Shown: positions 22,299-35,310 of the stretch, in pieces
How positions within the stretch are numbered: the stretch's first letter is position 1
Layout of the letters: each line of letters begins with the position of its first letter
NCBI GenBank assembly: GCA_036781285.1
Contig: DAIQBH010000001.1
Span: 24,856-88,855 of the forward strand
Direction of reading: 5' to 3'
Origin: Thermodesulfobacteriota bacterium
Lineage (GTDB): Bacteria > Desulfobacterota > Binatia > UTPRO1
DNA: 64,000 nt
Position numbers and translations under genes: made by a program
Notes under the pieces: model-generated
The model's database searches: none
What the model saw: only the letters and a program-made list of their open reading frames with translations
Told to the model about the DNA's origin: nothing

Positions 22299-22904
22299 GT
22301 GTCGCTCAAGTACGCCATTCTGAGCCTGCTCGCTCACGATCCGCTGACTGGTTACGAGCTGATGAAGCTCTTCGACGGGTCGGTCGGTTACTTCTGGCAC
22401 GCGACACATCCACAAATTTACAAGGAGCTTGCTCGACTCGAGCGGGCGGGCCAGATCGCGCATCGGAGCGTCGAGCAACGCGGGCGGCCGACGAAGAAGA
22501 TCTATTCGCTCAGCGACTCGGGTCGGGCCGAGCTGCAGGAATGGCTGAAGATTCCGGCGAGCGCCCAGAGGGTCAAAGACGAGATGATGCTCAAGACGTT
22601 CTGCTGCGGCCTACTCGGTGAAGCCGAGGCGTTGGATCTCGTTCGCCGGCACCGCGAGCTGCACGAGGCGAAGTTGCAGCGGTATCAAGAGCTCGAACGC
22701 TTTCTCGAGAGTGGCCTCAGCGTCGCGAGTCGCGAGCGCCTCGGCCCCTACCTCACCCTCCTGCGCGGAATCCGGTACGAGCGCGACTACATCGGGTGGT
22801 GCGACGAAGCGAGCGAAATGCTCAGGCGCTTCGATCAGGCCATGCCGCCGCAGCCGGTTTCTCGTCCGCAGACCTCTATCGCCACGCGGAAACGACGCAG
22901 CTGA
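22299..22904 (+). CDS. PadR-family transcriptional regulator
   Basis: 201 aa with a winged-helix N-terminus (YAILSLLAHDPLTGYELMKLF...GRPTKKIYSLSDSGRAEL). Confidence 0.85.
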   Translation: MSLKYAILSLLAHDPLTGYELMKLFDGSVGYFWHATHPQIYKELARLERAGQIAHRSVEQRGRPTKKIYSLSDSGRAELQEWLKIPASAQRVKDEMMLKTFCCGLLGEAEALDLVRRHRELHEAKLQRYQELERFLESGLSVASRERLGPYLTLLRGIRYERDYIGWCDEASEMLRRFDQAMPPQPVSRPQTSIATRKRRS

Positions 22905-22909
22905 CGCGG

Positions 22910-25414
22910 CTACTCGGTTTCTTCCGCGCTGGGAACCGCGGGCGGCGCCCCGTTTCCAGCGCTGTTTCCGCCATCGTCTTCCTCTTCCTGCTCGGCAAGC
23001 CGCGCCAGGCTGACGACACGCTCGCCCTCTTCGATGTCGATCAGGCGTACGCCCTGGGTGTTTCGCCCGATCAGGCGGATGTCCGCCACGCGGAGACGAA
23101 TGATCTTCCCGATACTCGTCACGAGCATCAAGTTGTCCTCGTCCGTGACCTGCTGGACCCCAATGACGCGTCCGGTTCGATCGGTCGCCTTCATCGTGAT
23201 GATGCCCTTGCCTCCGCGTGATTGCAGGCGGTACTCGGCGATGTCGGTGCGCTTGCCGTAGCCGTGCTCGGCGACCGTCAACACGCTGACCCCAGGGCTC
23301 ACGATCTCGAGGCTCACCACCTCGTCGTCACCATCGAGCGTGATGCCCTTCACGCCACCGGCGCCGCGTCCCATGCTTCGCACGTCTTCCTCGCGGAAGT
23401 GGATCGATTGGCCGTCACGTGTGGTGAGGATCACCGCCTGTTTGCCGTCCGTGAGGCGAACGCCGATCACCTCGTCGCCAGGGTCCAAGCCGATGGCGAT
23501 GATCCCCGATGGGCGGGGATTCGCGTACGCCATCAGATCCGTCTTCTTCACGACGCCTTGCTTCGTCGCGAACAGCACGAAGTGGTTCTCACGGAACTCC
23601 CGGACGGGAAGGAACGCGGAAATCTTTTCGTCTGGTTTCAGGTCCAGCAAGTTCACGATGGCTTTGCCGCGCGCCGCGCGACCGGCCTGCGGCACCTCGT
23701 GGACCTTGATCCAGTAGACCTTCCCGACGGTGGTGAAAAACATGATGTAGCTGTGCGTAGACGCGATGAAGAGATGCTCGACGAAGTCCTCGTCGCGCGT
23801 GGTGGTACCGATCTTTCCTTTGCCGCCGCGCCGCTGTGCTCGGTAGAGCGAGACGGGATTCCGCTTGATGTACCCCTCGTGAGAGATCGTGACCGCCATG
23901 TCCTCGTCGGCGATCATGTCCTCGATCGAGATGTCGCCGATCTCGTCCACGATCTCGGTGCGGCGCGCGTCGCCGTGGGTTTCCTTCAGCTGGCGCATCT
24001 CGTCGACGATGATCTTCGAGATCTCTCGCTCGTCGGCGAGGATCTCGCGCAAGCGGGCGATCAACGCGACCACTTCGGTGTGCTCCTCCAGGATCTTGTC
24101 GCGCTCGAGGTTCGTGAGACGCTGGAGGCGCATGTCGAGGATCGCTTGCGCCTGCAGCTCGGAAAGTCCGAACGAGGTGATCAGGCCTGCTTTGGCCTCC
24201 GGCGGATTGGGCGATTTCCGAATCAACTGAATGACCGCGTCGAGGTTCTCGATGGCGATCTTGAGGCCTTCCAAGATGTGAAGACGCTCTTCGGCCTTCC
24301 GGAGGTCGAAGACGGTCCGCCGCGTCACGACTTCGATGCGGTGCGCGACGAAATGCTGGAGCATCTCCTTGAGGCTCAACAGGCGAGGGCGATTGTCGAC
24401 GATCGCCAGCATGATCATCCCGAAGGACTCTTGCATCGGCGTCATCTTGTAGAGCTGGTTGAGGACGATCTCGGGCACCGCCTCCCGCTTGAGCTCCACG
24501 ACGATGCGCATGCCTTGGCGATCGGACTCGTCGCGGAGGTCGTAAATGCCCTCGATGCGCTTCTCGTTGACGAGCTCTGCGATCCTTTCGAGCAACCGCG
24601 CCTTGTTCACCTGGTAGGGGATCTCGGTGACGATGATGCTGCTGCGACCGCTCTTCTTGTCGATCTCGGTGGTCGCTCGGGCACGGCATTGCAGCACGCC
24701 TTTTCCGGTCTCGTACGCCTCCCGAATGGCCGCCCTTCCGTGGATGAAGCCCGCGGTCGGAAAATCCGGACCCGGTACGTGACGCATGAGCTCGAGCACG
24801 GTGATGGCGGGGTTTTCGATCAATGCGACCACCGCGTCCGCAACCTCGTTCAGGTTGTGCGGCGGGATGTTCGTCGTCATGCCGACGGCGATGCCCGAGC
24901 TCCCGTTGATGAGGAGGTTCGGCGTTCGCGCCGGCAGGACACGCGGCTCTTGCAAGGTTTCGTCGTAGTTGGGGCTGAACTCGACCGTTTCCTTGTCGAT
25001 GTCCGCCAGCAACTCCCCGGCGATCCTCGCCATGCGGATTTCGGTGTAGCGCATGGCTGCCGCCGAATCGCCGTCGACGGAGCCGAAGTTGCCCTGCCCG
25101 TCGACGAGCGGGTAACGCATGGAGAAGTCCTGCGCCATGCGAACGATCGCGTCGTAGACCGCCGAATCCCCGTGCGGGTGGTACTTACCGATGACGTCGC
25201 CGACGACACGCGCCGACTTCTTGTACCCCCGATTCCACTCGTTCCCGAGGTCGTACATCGCGTACAGGATACGGCGATGGACCGGCTTCAACCCGTCGCG
25301 CACGTCGGGCAGCGCGCGCCGAATGATGACGCTCATTGCGTAGTCCATGTAGGACTGACGCATTTCGTCTTCGATGTTGACCGGGATGCGGTTGTGCTTG
25401 AGCGGCGACTCCAT
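22910..25414 (-). CDS. gyrA: DNA gyrase subunit A
   Basis: 834 aa ([21 protein letters not shown], an active-site Tyr region, C-terminal beta-pinwheel repeats and an acidic tail). Confidence 0.98.
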   Translation of the reverse strand: MESPLKHNRIPVNIEDEMRQSYMDYAMSVIIRRALPDVRDGLKPVHRRILYAMYDLGNEWNRGYKKSARVVGDVIGKYHPHGDSAVYDAIVRMAQDFSMRYPLVDGQGNFGSVDGDSAAAMRYTEIRMARIAGELLADIDKETVEFSPNYDETLQEPRVLPARTPNLLINGSSGIAVGMTTNIPPHNLNEVADAVVALIENPAITVLELMRHVPGPDFPTAGFIHGRAAIREAYETGKGVLQCRARATTEIDKKSGRSSIIVTEIPYQVNKARLLERIAELVNEKRIEGIYDLRDESDRQGMRIVVELKREAVPEIVLNQLYKMTPMQESFGMIMLAIVDNRPRLLSLKEMLQHFVAHRIEVVTRRTVFDLRKAEERLHILEGLKIAIENLDAVIQLIRKSPNPPEAKAGLITSFGLSELQAQAILDMRLQRLTNLERDKILEEHTEVVALIARLREILADEREISKIIVDEMRQLKETHGDARRTEIVDEIGDISIEDMIADEDMAVTISHEGYIKRNPVSLYRAQRRGGKGKIGTTTRDEDFVEHLFIASTHSYIMFFTTVGKVYWIKVHEVPQAGRAARGKAIVNLLDLKPDEKISAFLPVREFRENHFVLFATKQGVVKKTDLMAYANPRPSGIIAIGLDPGDEVIGVRLTDGKQAVILTTRDGQSIHFREEDVRSMGRGAGGVKGITLDGDDEVVSLEIVSPGVSVLTVAEHGYGKRTDIAEYRLQSRGGKGIITMKATDRTGRVIGVQQVTDEDNLMLVTSIGKIIRLRVADIRLIGRNTQGVRLIDIEEGERVVSLARLAEQEEEDDGGNSAGNGAPPAVPSAEETE

Positions 25415-25425
25415 CGGATCGTCGA

Positions 25426-27933
<2,508 letters not shown>

Positions 27934-27984
27934 CTATCAACTGGTTGCCGAAGGGTAAAGGTTTCTGGCTGCTACATCGGAGGC

Positions 27985-29100
27985 TTAGAGGCGCATCGGC
28001 ATGACCACGTACGAGTAACTCTCGTCCTCCTGCATGCGCAGGATTCCCGGGCTCACCTCGTCGGTCAGACCGATCTCGATGGTGCCAGCGACACCGCTCA
28101 GGGAGAGCACGTCGAGGAGGTAGCGGGCGTTGAACCCGATCGCGAACTCATCTCCCGCGTAGTCTGCTTCGATCTCCTCCCGTGCCTCACCGATGTCGGG
28201 ATTCGTCGTCGCGACCTCGAGCACACCGCTGTCGACGCGGAGCTTCACGCCCCTGGCTCGTTCACTGGACAAGATCGACACTCGGCGGAGCGCCCCCAGA
28301 AGCTCCTCGCTGCCGACACGAACGTGGCGCTTGCTCTCCTTCGGGATCACTTGCCGATAATCGGGGAACTCTCCCTCGATGAGTCGCATGAACAGCTCGA
28401 CACCAGCCCGCTCGATACGGGCAAGATTGCCACCGATCGAGAAGCTGATCTCGCCATCTCCACCCTCGAGCAGGCGTTTGGCTTCAACGAGACCTTTGCG
28501 CGGCAGAATGACACCCGGCTTGATCTCGACACCTGGAACTTCCCGCTCGACCAGTGCCAGGCGATGCCCGTCGGTTGCGACCAAGCGCACCTGGTTCTTC
28601 TCCAAACTCTCGATGAACACTCCACCGAGGCTCAGGCGTGTCTCGTCGGTCGATACGGCGAAGAGGGTCTTTTCGATCATCTCACCGAGCGCATCGCCTG
28701 GGAGACGCATGACTACCGTCCCCTTTTTCGCTGCTGGTGTTGCTGCAGGGATGCTCGGAAAATCCTTGGGATCAATCGACAGCATGCGGTAGCGGGCACG
28801 CCCGCCCGTCACCTCGACTCCCGCGCCTCCGGCCTTGATCGCAACCTCGTCGCTCGGGAGCTCACGGACGATCTCGTAAAGCTTCCGGGCGTTCAGCGTA
28901 ATCGAACCGGGTTGCGCGACTTTCCCCTGACACGAACGTCGAATTCCGACTTCCAGGTCAGTGGCCGTCAGCTGGATGTCGGTGCCCTTGGCTTCGATGA
29001 GGACGTTCGCGAGGATCGGCAGCGTGTTGCGCTTCTCGACGACTCCCTGGGTCAGGTACAGGCCCTGCAGGAAGTCGTTTTTTTCGACCCGAAGATCCAT
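27985..29100 (-). CDS. dnaN: DNA polymerase III beta sliding clamp
   Basis: 371 aa (MDLRVEKNDFLQGLYLTQGVVEKRNTLPILANVLIEA). A GAGGGG RBS lies upstream. Confidence 0.97.
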   Translation of the reverse strand: MDLRVEKNDFLQGLYLTQGVVEKRNTLPILANVLIEAKGTDIQLTATDLEVGIRRSCQGKVAQPGSITLNARKLYEIVRELPSDEVAIKAGGAGVEVTGGRARYRMLSIDPKDFPSIPAATPAAKKGTVVMRLPGDALGEMIEKTLFAVSTDETRLSLGGVFIESLEKNQVRLVATDGHRLALVEREVPGVEIKPGVILPRKGLVEAKRLLEGGDGEISFSIGGNLARIERAGVELFMRLIEGEFPDYRQVIPKESKRHVRVGSEELLGALRRVSILSSERARGVKLRVDSGVLEVATTNPDIGEAREEIEADYAGDEFAIGFNARYLLDVLSLSGVAGTIEIGLTDEVSPGILRMQEDESYSYVVMPMRL

Positions 29101-29354
29101 GTGTGATGCCCCTCGAAGCTTCTCGTCTGTCTTCTAGCCCACTGTTCTTCGAGAAGTAAAATTAGAAGAACTAGTAGTAGTAGGCAGCACGCGACGGTGG
29201 ATCAGCGCATCAAGTGGCGAGAAGCGCTGGGGTTGGTGGAAAAGCGGATGTGAATCGGAGAACGGAAAGCACCCAGCGGTGGAACCTCCCGCCCACAGGC
29301 TCGACCGCAAGCACACGCGTGATCCCCACTGGATCCAACGGTCATCCACAGCCG
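29101..29354. other. oriC: Candidate chromosomal replication origin (oriC) in the dnaA-dnaN intergenic region
   Basis: A 254-bp intergenic region with a ~35-bp AT-rich stretch (GAGAAGTAAAATTAGAAGAACTAGTAGTAGTAGG, 29149-29184) in an otherwise GC-rich region. DnaA-box-like 9-mers: TCATCCACA (29342-29350), GGTGGATCA (29206-29214), TGGATCCAA (29320-29328). Gene-strand polarity flips around here. Confidence 0.55.
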
Positions 29355-30737
29355 TCATGTCTTCGTGTTGGCGAGACGTTCCAACTCGTCGAGCGATCCA
29401 CGCAGCCGCTGATCGATCTTCAGACGATCCTCGATGACGTTGTTGGCATGGATGACGGTCGAGTGGTCGCGGCCACCGAAGCGTTCGCCGATCGTGGGGA
29501 AGGAGGCGCGAGCGAGCTTCCGGGAAAGGTACATGCCGACCTGACGAGGAAACGCGATGTTCCGGCTGCGCTTCTGCGAAAGAAGATCGCTCAAGCGAAC
29601 GCCGTAGTACTCGCAGACGACGCGTTGGATGGCTTCGATGCTGATCGTGGAGCGTTCTTTCAGCAGGTCGTGCAACACCTCACGGGCAAAATCCACAGTG
29701 ATCGCGGTTTTCGAGAGCGAGGCGAATGCCGAAAGCCGAGTCAGGCATCCCTCGAGCTCACGGACGTTCGAGTCGATCTTGGACGCGAGGTGGATGGCCA
29801 CGTCGCGAGGCAAATCCAGACCGTCGATCTCAGCCTTCTTTTCCAGAATGGCAACGCGAGTTTCCATGTCGGGAGGTTGAAGGTCGGCGATCAAGCCCCA
29901 CTCGAACCGATTGCGAAGGCGCTCTTCCAGACCAGGAATGTCCTTCGGCACCTTGTCGGACGTGAGGATGATCTGCCGGTGTGCCTCATGGAGCGCGTTG
30001 AAAGTGTGGAAGAACTCCTCCTGCGTGCGTTCACGGTTGGCGAGGAATTGGACGTCGTCGATGATCAGGACGTCGATCTTCCGGAACGTCGACTTGAACT
30101 CGTCCATCCGATCACGCCGGATCGCCGTGATCAGCTGGGTCATGAATGCTTCCGCGCTGAGGTACGCGACCCGGGCGTCGGGATTGCCCTCGATCGCGGC
30201 ATGACCGATCGCGTTGGCGAGGTGCGTTTTCCCGAGCCCGACTCCTCCGTAGAGAAACAACGGATTGTAGTGGTGGCCAGGCTGCGCCGCGACAGCCTTG
30301 CAGGCGGCACTCGCAAACTGATTGCTGGCGCCCACGATGAACGTCGAGAACGTATACCTTGGAACGAGTGCGCCGAAACGGATCGGCCTGCGTTTCCCGG
30401 TGGGTTGCTCGCCGGGAAACAGCTCCCCCTGAGCGCGTCCGGCGACCAGGATGTCGATGCGGCGTGGTCGGCCAACCATCTTGAGCGCTTCCTCGAGACT
30501 GCCGGGATAGTGCAGGCGCATCCAGTTTGCGGCCGTCGACGTCGGCGCCAACAGACGAAGAACCTGTTCGTCCGCGCCAGCGAACTGCAGGCTCTCGATG
30601 CCAGCTTGGTACACCTCGGGTCCGAAGCGTGCGAGAAGCAGTTCGCGTGCGCGCTGCCACGCGTGCTCGGGTGAATCTTCAACGGGCGCCGGGCGGCTCA
30701 TCAGTGAGGCAGCCTGTGTGACATCATCGGGCGACAA
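29355..30737 (-). CDS. dnaA: Chromosomal replication initiator protein DnaA
   Basis: 460 aa with AAA+ Walker A GGVGLGKTHL and a C-terminal DnaA-box-binding HTH domain. Confidence 0.98.
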   Translation of the reverse strand: MSPDDVTQAASLMSRPAPVEDSPEHAWQRARELLLARFGPEVYQAGIESLQFAGADEQVLRLLAPTSTAANWMRLHYPGSLEEALKMVGRPRRIDILVAGRAQGELFPGEQPTGKRRPIRFGALVPRYTFSTFIVGASNQFASAACKAVAAQPGHHYNPLFLYGGVGLGKTHLANAIGHAAIEGNPDARVAYLSAEAFMTQLITAIRRDRMDEFKSTFRKIDVLIIDDVQFLANRERTQEEFFHTFNALHEAHRQIILTSDKVPKDIPGLEERLRNRFEWGLIADLQPPDMETRVAILEKKAEIDGLDLPRDVAIHLASKIDSNVRELEGCLTRLSAFASLSKTAITVDFAREVLHDLLKERSTISIEAIQRVVCEYYGVRLSDLLSQKRSRNIAFPRQVGMYLSRKLARASFPTIGERFGGRDHSTVIHANNVIEDRLKIDQRLRGSLDELERLANTKT

Positions 30738-30897
30738 CCGGAAGTCGCGAAGAGATCAGGCGTGAAAGACGCGGATGTGTAGTCCCTTTGGTACGGGTAC
30801 GCAAGAACAATCGCGTCGACCGACTACGAGTATCGCGTTGACCCTCCGCATACCCGATGCTAGCCAACCACTCGCGCGGTGACGCGCCCTTTCCACC

Positions 30898-32181
30898 GTG
30901 ACGACGCTTTCGACGAAGCTCTACGATGAAGCGTCTCTTCTGTTTCCGGGAGGCGTAAACAGTCCGGTCCGAGCGTGGAAGAACGTCGATGGGCGTCCTC
31001 TCTTCATCTCCCGCGCGCGGGGAGCGTCGATCGTCGACGCCGAGGGCCGCGTCTATCGCGATTTCGTCGGGTCGTGGGGAGCTGCGATAGCTGGCCATGC
31101 CCACCCAACCGTCGTCGATGCCGTCGAACGTGCGGCGGCGAACGGTCTCGGCTTCGGGGCTCCGACGCCATCCGAGATTCTTCTTGGCCGAGACATCAGC
31201 GAAGCCTTGCCGAGCATGCAACGCATGCGAATGGTCAACTCCGGAACGGAAGCGACGATGTCGGCCATTCGAGTGGCTCGCGCGTTCACGGGCAGACCGA
31301 AGATCTTGAAGTTCGCGGGTTGCTACCATGGCCATTCCGACGGCCTACTCGCGCGGGCCGGCTCGGGCGCTTTGACGTTCGGAATCCCGGACAGCGCCGG
31401 CGTTCCCGAGTCCGTCGCCTCGAACACGCTGGTGGCCGACTTCAACTCGGATCAGGCAGAGGTGTATCTGCGTGCCTACGGGAACGAGATCGCGGCCGTG
31501 ATCGTGGAGCCCATCGCCGCCAACATGGGAGTAGTGGAGCCGCAGCCCGGTTTTCTCGAATCGCTACGAGCCGCCACGAAGGCGCAGGGGGCGCTCCTCA
31601 TATTCGATGAGGTCATCTCCGGGTTTCGGGTCGGCCGCGGCGGTGCGCAACACCGTCTCGGGATCGAGCCCGACCTCACGTGCCTCGGAAAGATCATCGG
31701 TGGTGGGCTACCTGTCGGTGCTTTTGGAGGGCGCCGTGAGATTCTCGAGCTCTTGGCGCCACTTGGTCCGGTCTACCAAGCGGGTACGTTGTCCGGGAAT
31801 CCGGTCACCATGGCGGCGGGACACGCGACGCTCGGCCTTTTGGACGAGGCGGCATACGCGCGCCTGGACGCGTTGGGAGCACAGGTAGCCGAGGGCCTCA
31901 GGGAAGCCCTTGGCCGCACCGGCGTTCGGGGGTGTGTACAGAGCGTGGCGTCGATGTTCACACTCTTCTTCGGCATCGACGGCGCCACGCGGCTCTCCGA
32001 GGTCGAACGAGCGGATCGGGACCGCTTCAAGCAATTCTTCTACGGGATGCTGGAGCGAGGGTTCTACCTTCCGCCGTCCCCGTTCGAGGCCGGCTTCGTG
32101 TCGCTGGCGCACACCAGCGAGGACATAGGCGATTTCCTTGCTGCCGCCGAGGAGACGCTGCGCGCGTTCGGGCCATCCTGA
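30898..32181 (+). CDS. hemL: Glutamate-1-semialdehyde 2,1-aminomutase
   Basis: 427 aa with the PLP aminotransferase class III fold, starting LFPGGVNSPVRAW. Confidence 0.95.
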   Translation: MTTLSTKLYDEASLLFPGGVNSPVRAWKNVDGRPLFISRARGASIVDAEGRVYRDFVGSWGAAIAGHAHPTVVDAVERAAANGLGFGAPTPSEILLGRDISEALPSMQRMRMVNSGTEATMSAIRVARAFTGRPKILKFAGCYHGHSDGLLARAGSGALTFGIPDSAGVPESVASNTLVADFNSDQAEVYLRAYGNEIAAVIVEPIAANMGVVEPQPGFLESLRAATKAQGALLIFDEVISGFRVGRGGAQHRLGIEPDLTCLGKIIGGGLPVGAFGGRREILELLAPLGPVYQAGTLSGNPVTMAAGHATLGLLDEAAYARLDALGAQVAEGLREALGRTGVRGCVQSVASMFTLFFGIDGATRLSEVERADRDRFKQFFYGMLERGFYLPPSPFEAGFVSLAHTSEDIGDFLAAAEETLRAFGPS

Positions 32182-32182
32182 A

Positions 32183-32410
32183 GTGCCGGAGCCGCCCAGA
32201 CAGGAGTCGGCTTTCTTCCGCTACGCGAAGTTCTCGGCGGTGGCGTTCGAGTTCATCGGGTCCATCGCAGCTGGAGTTTTCCTCGGCAGTGCGCTAGACG
32301 CATGGCTTCAAACGGAGCCGTGGTTGGTTCTCGCCATGACGATCGCCGGCACGGTGATCGGCTTCTATCGAATGGTACAAATTCTTCGCCGCCTTCAGCG
32401 TACGCTATGA
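32183..32410 (+). CDS. AtpZ/AtpI-like small F0-associated membrane protein
   Basis: ~75 aa from a GTG just after the hemL stop, with two TM helices (FSAVAFEFIGSIAAGVFLGSAL...LVLAMTIAGTVIGFY). It occupies the first position of the F0 operon. Confidence 0.55.
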   Translation: MPEPPRQESAFFRYAKFSAVAFEFIGSIAAGVFLGSALDAWLQTEPWLVLAMTIAGTVIGFYRMVQILRRLQRTL

Positions 32411-32775
32411 CTTTTCGCCTAGCTCGCATCCAGACGGCGATACTCGCCCTGACGGCGTCGTTCAGTGTCGCCGCTCTCGTTTCAGCGGCGACGTTGCCTT
32501 TCGGAGTCGTTCTCGGCGGCGCGGCGGCGTGGCTGGACTTCGTAGTTATCAAGAGCCTCGCGTCGGCCATGCTCGTCCGTCGTCCGTCACCGTCACACGT
32601 GGTGCCGATGGCGCTCACCAAGTCGTTGGTGCTCGTGGCCGTGCCGGGGTGTGCGCTGTTCCTTCCGGCGACGCTGGTCGATGGGGTGTCGTTTGCACTC
32701 GGCGTGACCACACTTCCCTTGGCCATCGTGATCGATGCGCTGCGTGCGCCCGAACCAAAGACAGGAGCTGCATAG
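32407..32775 (+). CDS. atpI: ATP synthase protein I
   Basis: 122 aa from an internal ATG (ATGA overlap with the upstream gene), with hydrophobic helices. It lies just before atpB. Confidence 0.6.
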   Translation: MTFRLARIQTAILALTASFSVAALVSAATLPFGVVLGGAAAWLDFVVIKSLASAMLVRRPSPSHVVPMALTKSLVLVAVPGCALFLPATLVDGVSFALGVTTLPLAIVIDALRAPEPKTGAA

Positions 32776-33468
32776 ATGGAACACGGCTTTTCGTGGGTTC
32801 AACAGATTCCGGGTCTGAACCTCCTCGAACCCCATACGGCGACCGCGCTCATCGTAATGGTCGGGTTGTTGCTCTTCGCGCTTCGAGCGCGTCAACAGCT
32901 CGCCACAGCCGGCAATCAGGTCGTGCCAGACGAAGGTTTCAGCGCGCGGAACATCGGGGAGGTGGTCACCGAGTTCATCACGAACCTCTCGGAAAGCGTC
33001 ATCGGACATGATGGCCCGAAATACGTGCCGCTGTTCGGCAGCCTGTTCGTCTTCATTCTGGGATCGAACCTGATGGGCTTGATTCCTGGCTTCACGCCAC
33101 CGACCGACAATTTCAACGTTACCTTGGCGCTCGGTGTCGTCGCGTTCGTGGCGTACAACTACTACGGACTCCAGGCGCACGGGATCGCCTACCTGAAGCA
33201 GTTCATGGGACCGCTCTTGCTGCTGGCGCCGTTGATGATCGTAGTGGAGCTCTTCAGTCACCTGTTCCGTCCGGCATCGCTGGCGATCCGGCTCTACGGC
33301 AACATGTTCGCCGACCACTTGCTGCTCGGCATCTTCACTGACCTCACGAAGGTCTTGATCCCTGTGATCTTCTACCTGCTGGGGACATTCGTTTCCTTGG
33401 TCCAGGCTTTGGTCTTTACGCTTTTGACCATGGTCTATGTCGGACTGGCGATCAGTCACGACCACTGA
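32776..33468 (+). CDS. atpB: ATP synthase F0 a subunit
   Basis: 230 aa with the conserved Arg in LAIRLYGNMFADH. Confidence 0.95.
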   Translation: MEHGFSWVQQIPGLNLLEPHTATALIVMVGLLLFALRARQQLATAGNQVVPDEGFSARNIGEVVTEFITNLSESVIGHDGPKYVPLFGSLFVFILGSNLMGLIPGFTPPTDNFNVTLALGVVAFVAYNYYGLQAHGIAYLKQFMGPLLLLAPLMIVVELFSHLFRPASLAIRLYGNMFADHLLLGIFTDLTKVLIPVIFYLLGTFVSLVQALVFTLLTMVYVGLAISHDH

Positions 33469-33569
33469 GGTCGTTGCTTCAACCGATCCGCACCGCGCCC
33501 GCGAGTGGAAGAGGAAAAGAGAGGGGATGGGCGGGGACGTGCGGATCCTCAACGTAGGAGGGTCGTACC

Positions 33570-33887
33570 ATGTCGAAGATCGTGAGAATCCTGTTTGCAG
33601 TCGTCACGTTGTTGATCATCGCGAGCCCGAGCTTCGCCCAGGAAGGTGCTGGCGGTGACGCGGGTGGCCTTATCGCTCTCGGTGCGGGTCTTGGGATCGG
33701 CATCGCGGCGCTGGGCGTCGGTCTCGGTCAGGGTCGCGCTACCGCGGCCGCGATGGAGAGCATCGGCCGTAACCCGAACTCGGCCGACCGTATCTTCGTG
33801 CCGATGATCATCGGTCTGGCACTCATGGAAGCACTCTGTCTGTACGCGCTCGTCATCGCGTTCTTCCTCCAGGGCAAGATCGGCTGA
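33570..33887 (+). CDS. atpE: ATP synthase F0 c subunit with an N-terminal signal-peptide-like extension
   Basis: 105 aa. The c-subunit core ([23 protein letters not shown]...[20 protein letters not shown]) is preceded by [25 protein letters not shown]. The carboxylate context is EAL rather than ES/T, so it is H+-type. Confidence 0.9.
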   Translation: MSKIVRILFAVVTLLIIASPSFAQEGAGGDAGGLIALGAGLGIGIAALGVGLGQGRATAAAMESIGRNPNSADRIFVPMIIGLALMEALCLYALVIAFFLQGKIG

Positions 33888-33925
33888 AGACGTACCCGAC
33901 GGGGCTTACACCGTCGTCTTCCAGC

Positions 33926-33964
33926 GAGGGGTGGGGGGTTTCTCCCCGCCCCTCGTTTGTTTTG
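33926..33964 (+). terminator. Rho-independent terminator of the atpZ-I-B-E operon
   Basis: GAGGGGTGGGG-ggtttct-CCCCGCCCCTC: an 11-bp GC-rich stem with one G-U wobble, followed by GTTTGTTTT. Confidence 0.75.
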
Positions 33965-34077
33965 GTAGCTACAGAATTCGCTTGGGTCCTCGGGCGTCAT
34001 TGGGCTATGGTCCGGCTACCGACGCTCCCAAGCTCCGGGTTCCTGAGTCGACGAGGTGGTGGGGAAAGGAGGCCGCG

Positions 34078-34896
34078 GTGGAAGCGTTCTCTGGAGCAGC
34101 GAGAGGCATAGCGTTCGCGGCGGGGCAGTTCACGGGTGGTCAGCGGGTGTTTCTCGCCGCCATTCCGATTGAGCAGCTGCACGCCAACCCGCAGCAGCCA
34201 CGGAGGTTCATAGATCCGGAGAGCCTCGCCGAGTTGACGGACTCGGTTCGTCAGCGAGGAGTCCTACAGCCGATCATCGTCAAGCGTCAGGAGGACGGCT
34301 ACCTCATCATGGCCGGCGAGCGTCGGTACCGTGCCGCGAAGGCGGCTGGGCTGACCGTCGTCCCGGCCATCGTTCGAGACGACGATCCGAACGAGATCGC
34401 GCTGATCGAGAATCTCCAACGCGAGGATCTGACAGCCCTCGAGGAAGCCGAGGGTCTCGGCGCGATGGTGGCGCGCTACGGCTACACCCACCAAGCGCTA
34501 GCGCAGCTCCTCCACAAGAGCAGGCCGTACGTTTCGAATACACTCGTGTTGACGCGATTACCCGCCGAGGTGAAGGCGGAGCTGCACCGTTACCCTACCA
34601 TTTCCCGCGAGATCCTGATGACGATCGCGCGCCAAGGTTCGGAAGTAGAGATGCTGAAGTTGTGGCGTCGGGTGAAGCTTGCCAACCTTTCGGTGCACAA
34701 ATTCCGCGAATCGCGGCGCCCAGAGGGCGGCGAGACTCGCGCCACGGAAGTGATGGCGGCTGCGCGCCGGATCAACCGCAAGCTGCGCGGCTTCGACGCT
34801 GGGCACATCGAGGAGAGCGAGCGCCCTAGGCTCGTCCGGGTGTTACGGCGCACCCGCAAACGTGTCGATCAACTGTTGGCGGCGATAGCGGACTGA
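34078..34896 (+). CDS. ParB-like protein, a second ParB/Srx-domain paralog with HTH
   Basis: ParB N-terminal domain ([17 protein letters not shown]...[32 protein letters not shown]) plus an HTH. The track ORF begins at a GTG at 33931 inside the terminator. A GTG at 34078, preceded by GAAAGGAGG with a 5-nt spacer, is the more likely start. Confidence 0.8.
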   Translation: MEAFSGAARGIAFAAGQFTGGQRVFLAAIPIEQLHANPQQPRRFIDPESLAELTDSVRQRGVLQPIIVKRQEDGYLIMAGERRYRAAKAAGLTVVPAIVRDDDPNEIALIENLQREDLTALEEAEGLGAMVARYGYTHQALAQLLHKSRPYVSNTLVLTRLPAEVKAELHRYPTISREILMTIARQGSEVEMLKLWRRVKLANLSVHKFRESRRPEGGETRATEVMAAARRINRKLRGFDAGHIEESERPRLVRVLRRTRKRVDQLLAAIAD

Positions 34897-34907
34897 ACTG
34901 AGATATC

Positions 34908-35096
34908 TCAGGCCGATCCCTCGTCGACCGCGCCGGACAGATGTAGCAGTGCATTGAAGACGAGGTCCCACCGCTCGTTTTCCATGTAACGGCGCAGATC
35001 CCGCGGCGAGCAAGAGAACTCCGACATTGGGCTGCTCCAGAGCTCGAACGGCTCCCCGTCGCAATAGAAGGTCCTCGTCGTCAGTTGCGGAGCCAT
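34908..35096 (-). CDS. Small hypothetical protein (62 aa)
   Basis: ATG preceded by AGGAGG with a 7-nt spacer (MAPQLTTRTFYCDGEPFELWSSPMSEFSCSPRDLRRYMENERWDLVFNALLHLSGAVDEGSA). No recognisable family. Confidence 0.45.
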   Translation of the reverse strand: MAPQLTTRTFYCDGEPFELWSSPMSEFSCSPRDLRRYMENERWDLVFNALLHLSGAVDEGSA

Positions 35097-35263
35097 CGCG
35101 ATCCTCCTGGACGTGGTGGAGCAAGGCGCGCGCCAACCGGACGCACGGGCCGTGGGGTGCGACGGAACGAGCTAAGCAGGCGGAAACGCATCGAGCCTCT
35201 GCTGCAACGTCCGAAAGGCATGACGGTGGCATGCCAAAGTTCGGACATTCGACGAGGACGAAG

Positions 35264-35310
35264 CGAAAAAAAGGGGAGAAGGGTTCCGCCCGTCGGAAGC
35301 CCTTCTCCCC
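35264..35310 (-). terminator. Rho-independent terminator downstream of the CorC gene
   Basis: On the minus strand: GGGGAGAAGGG-loop-CCCTTCTCCCC followed by TTTTTTTT. Confidence 0.75.

Noticed and set aside
30738-30897. dnaA-hemL divergent intergenic region as an alternative oriC
   Set aside because: It has no AT-rich stretch and no DnaA-box-like 9-mers. The dnaA-dnaN spacer has both.
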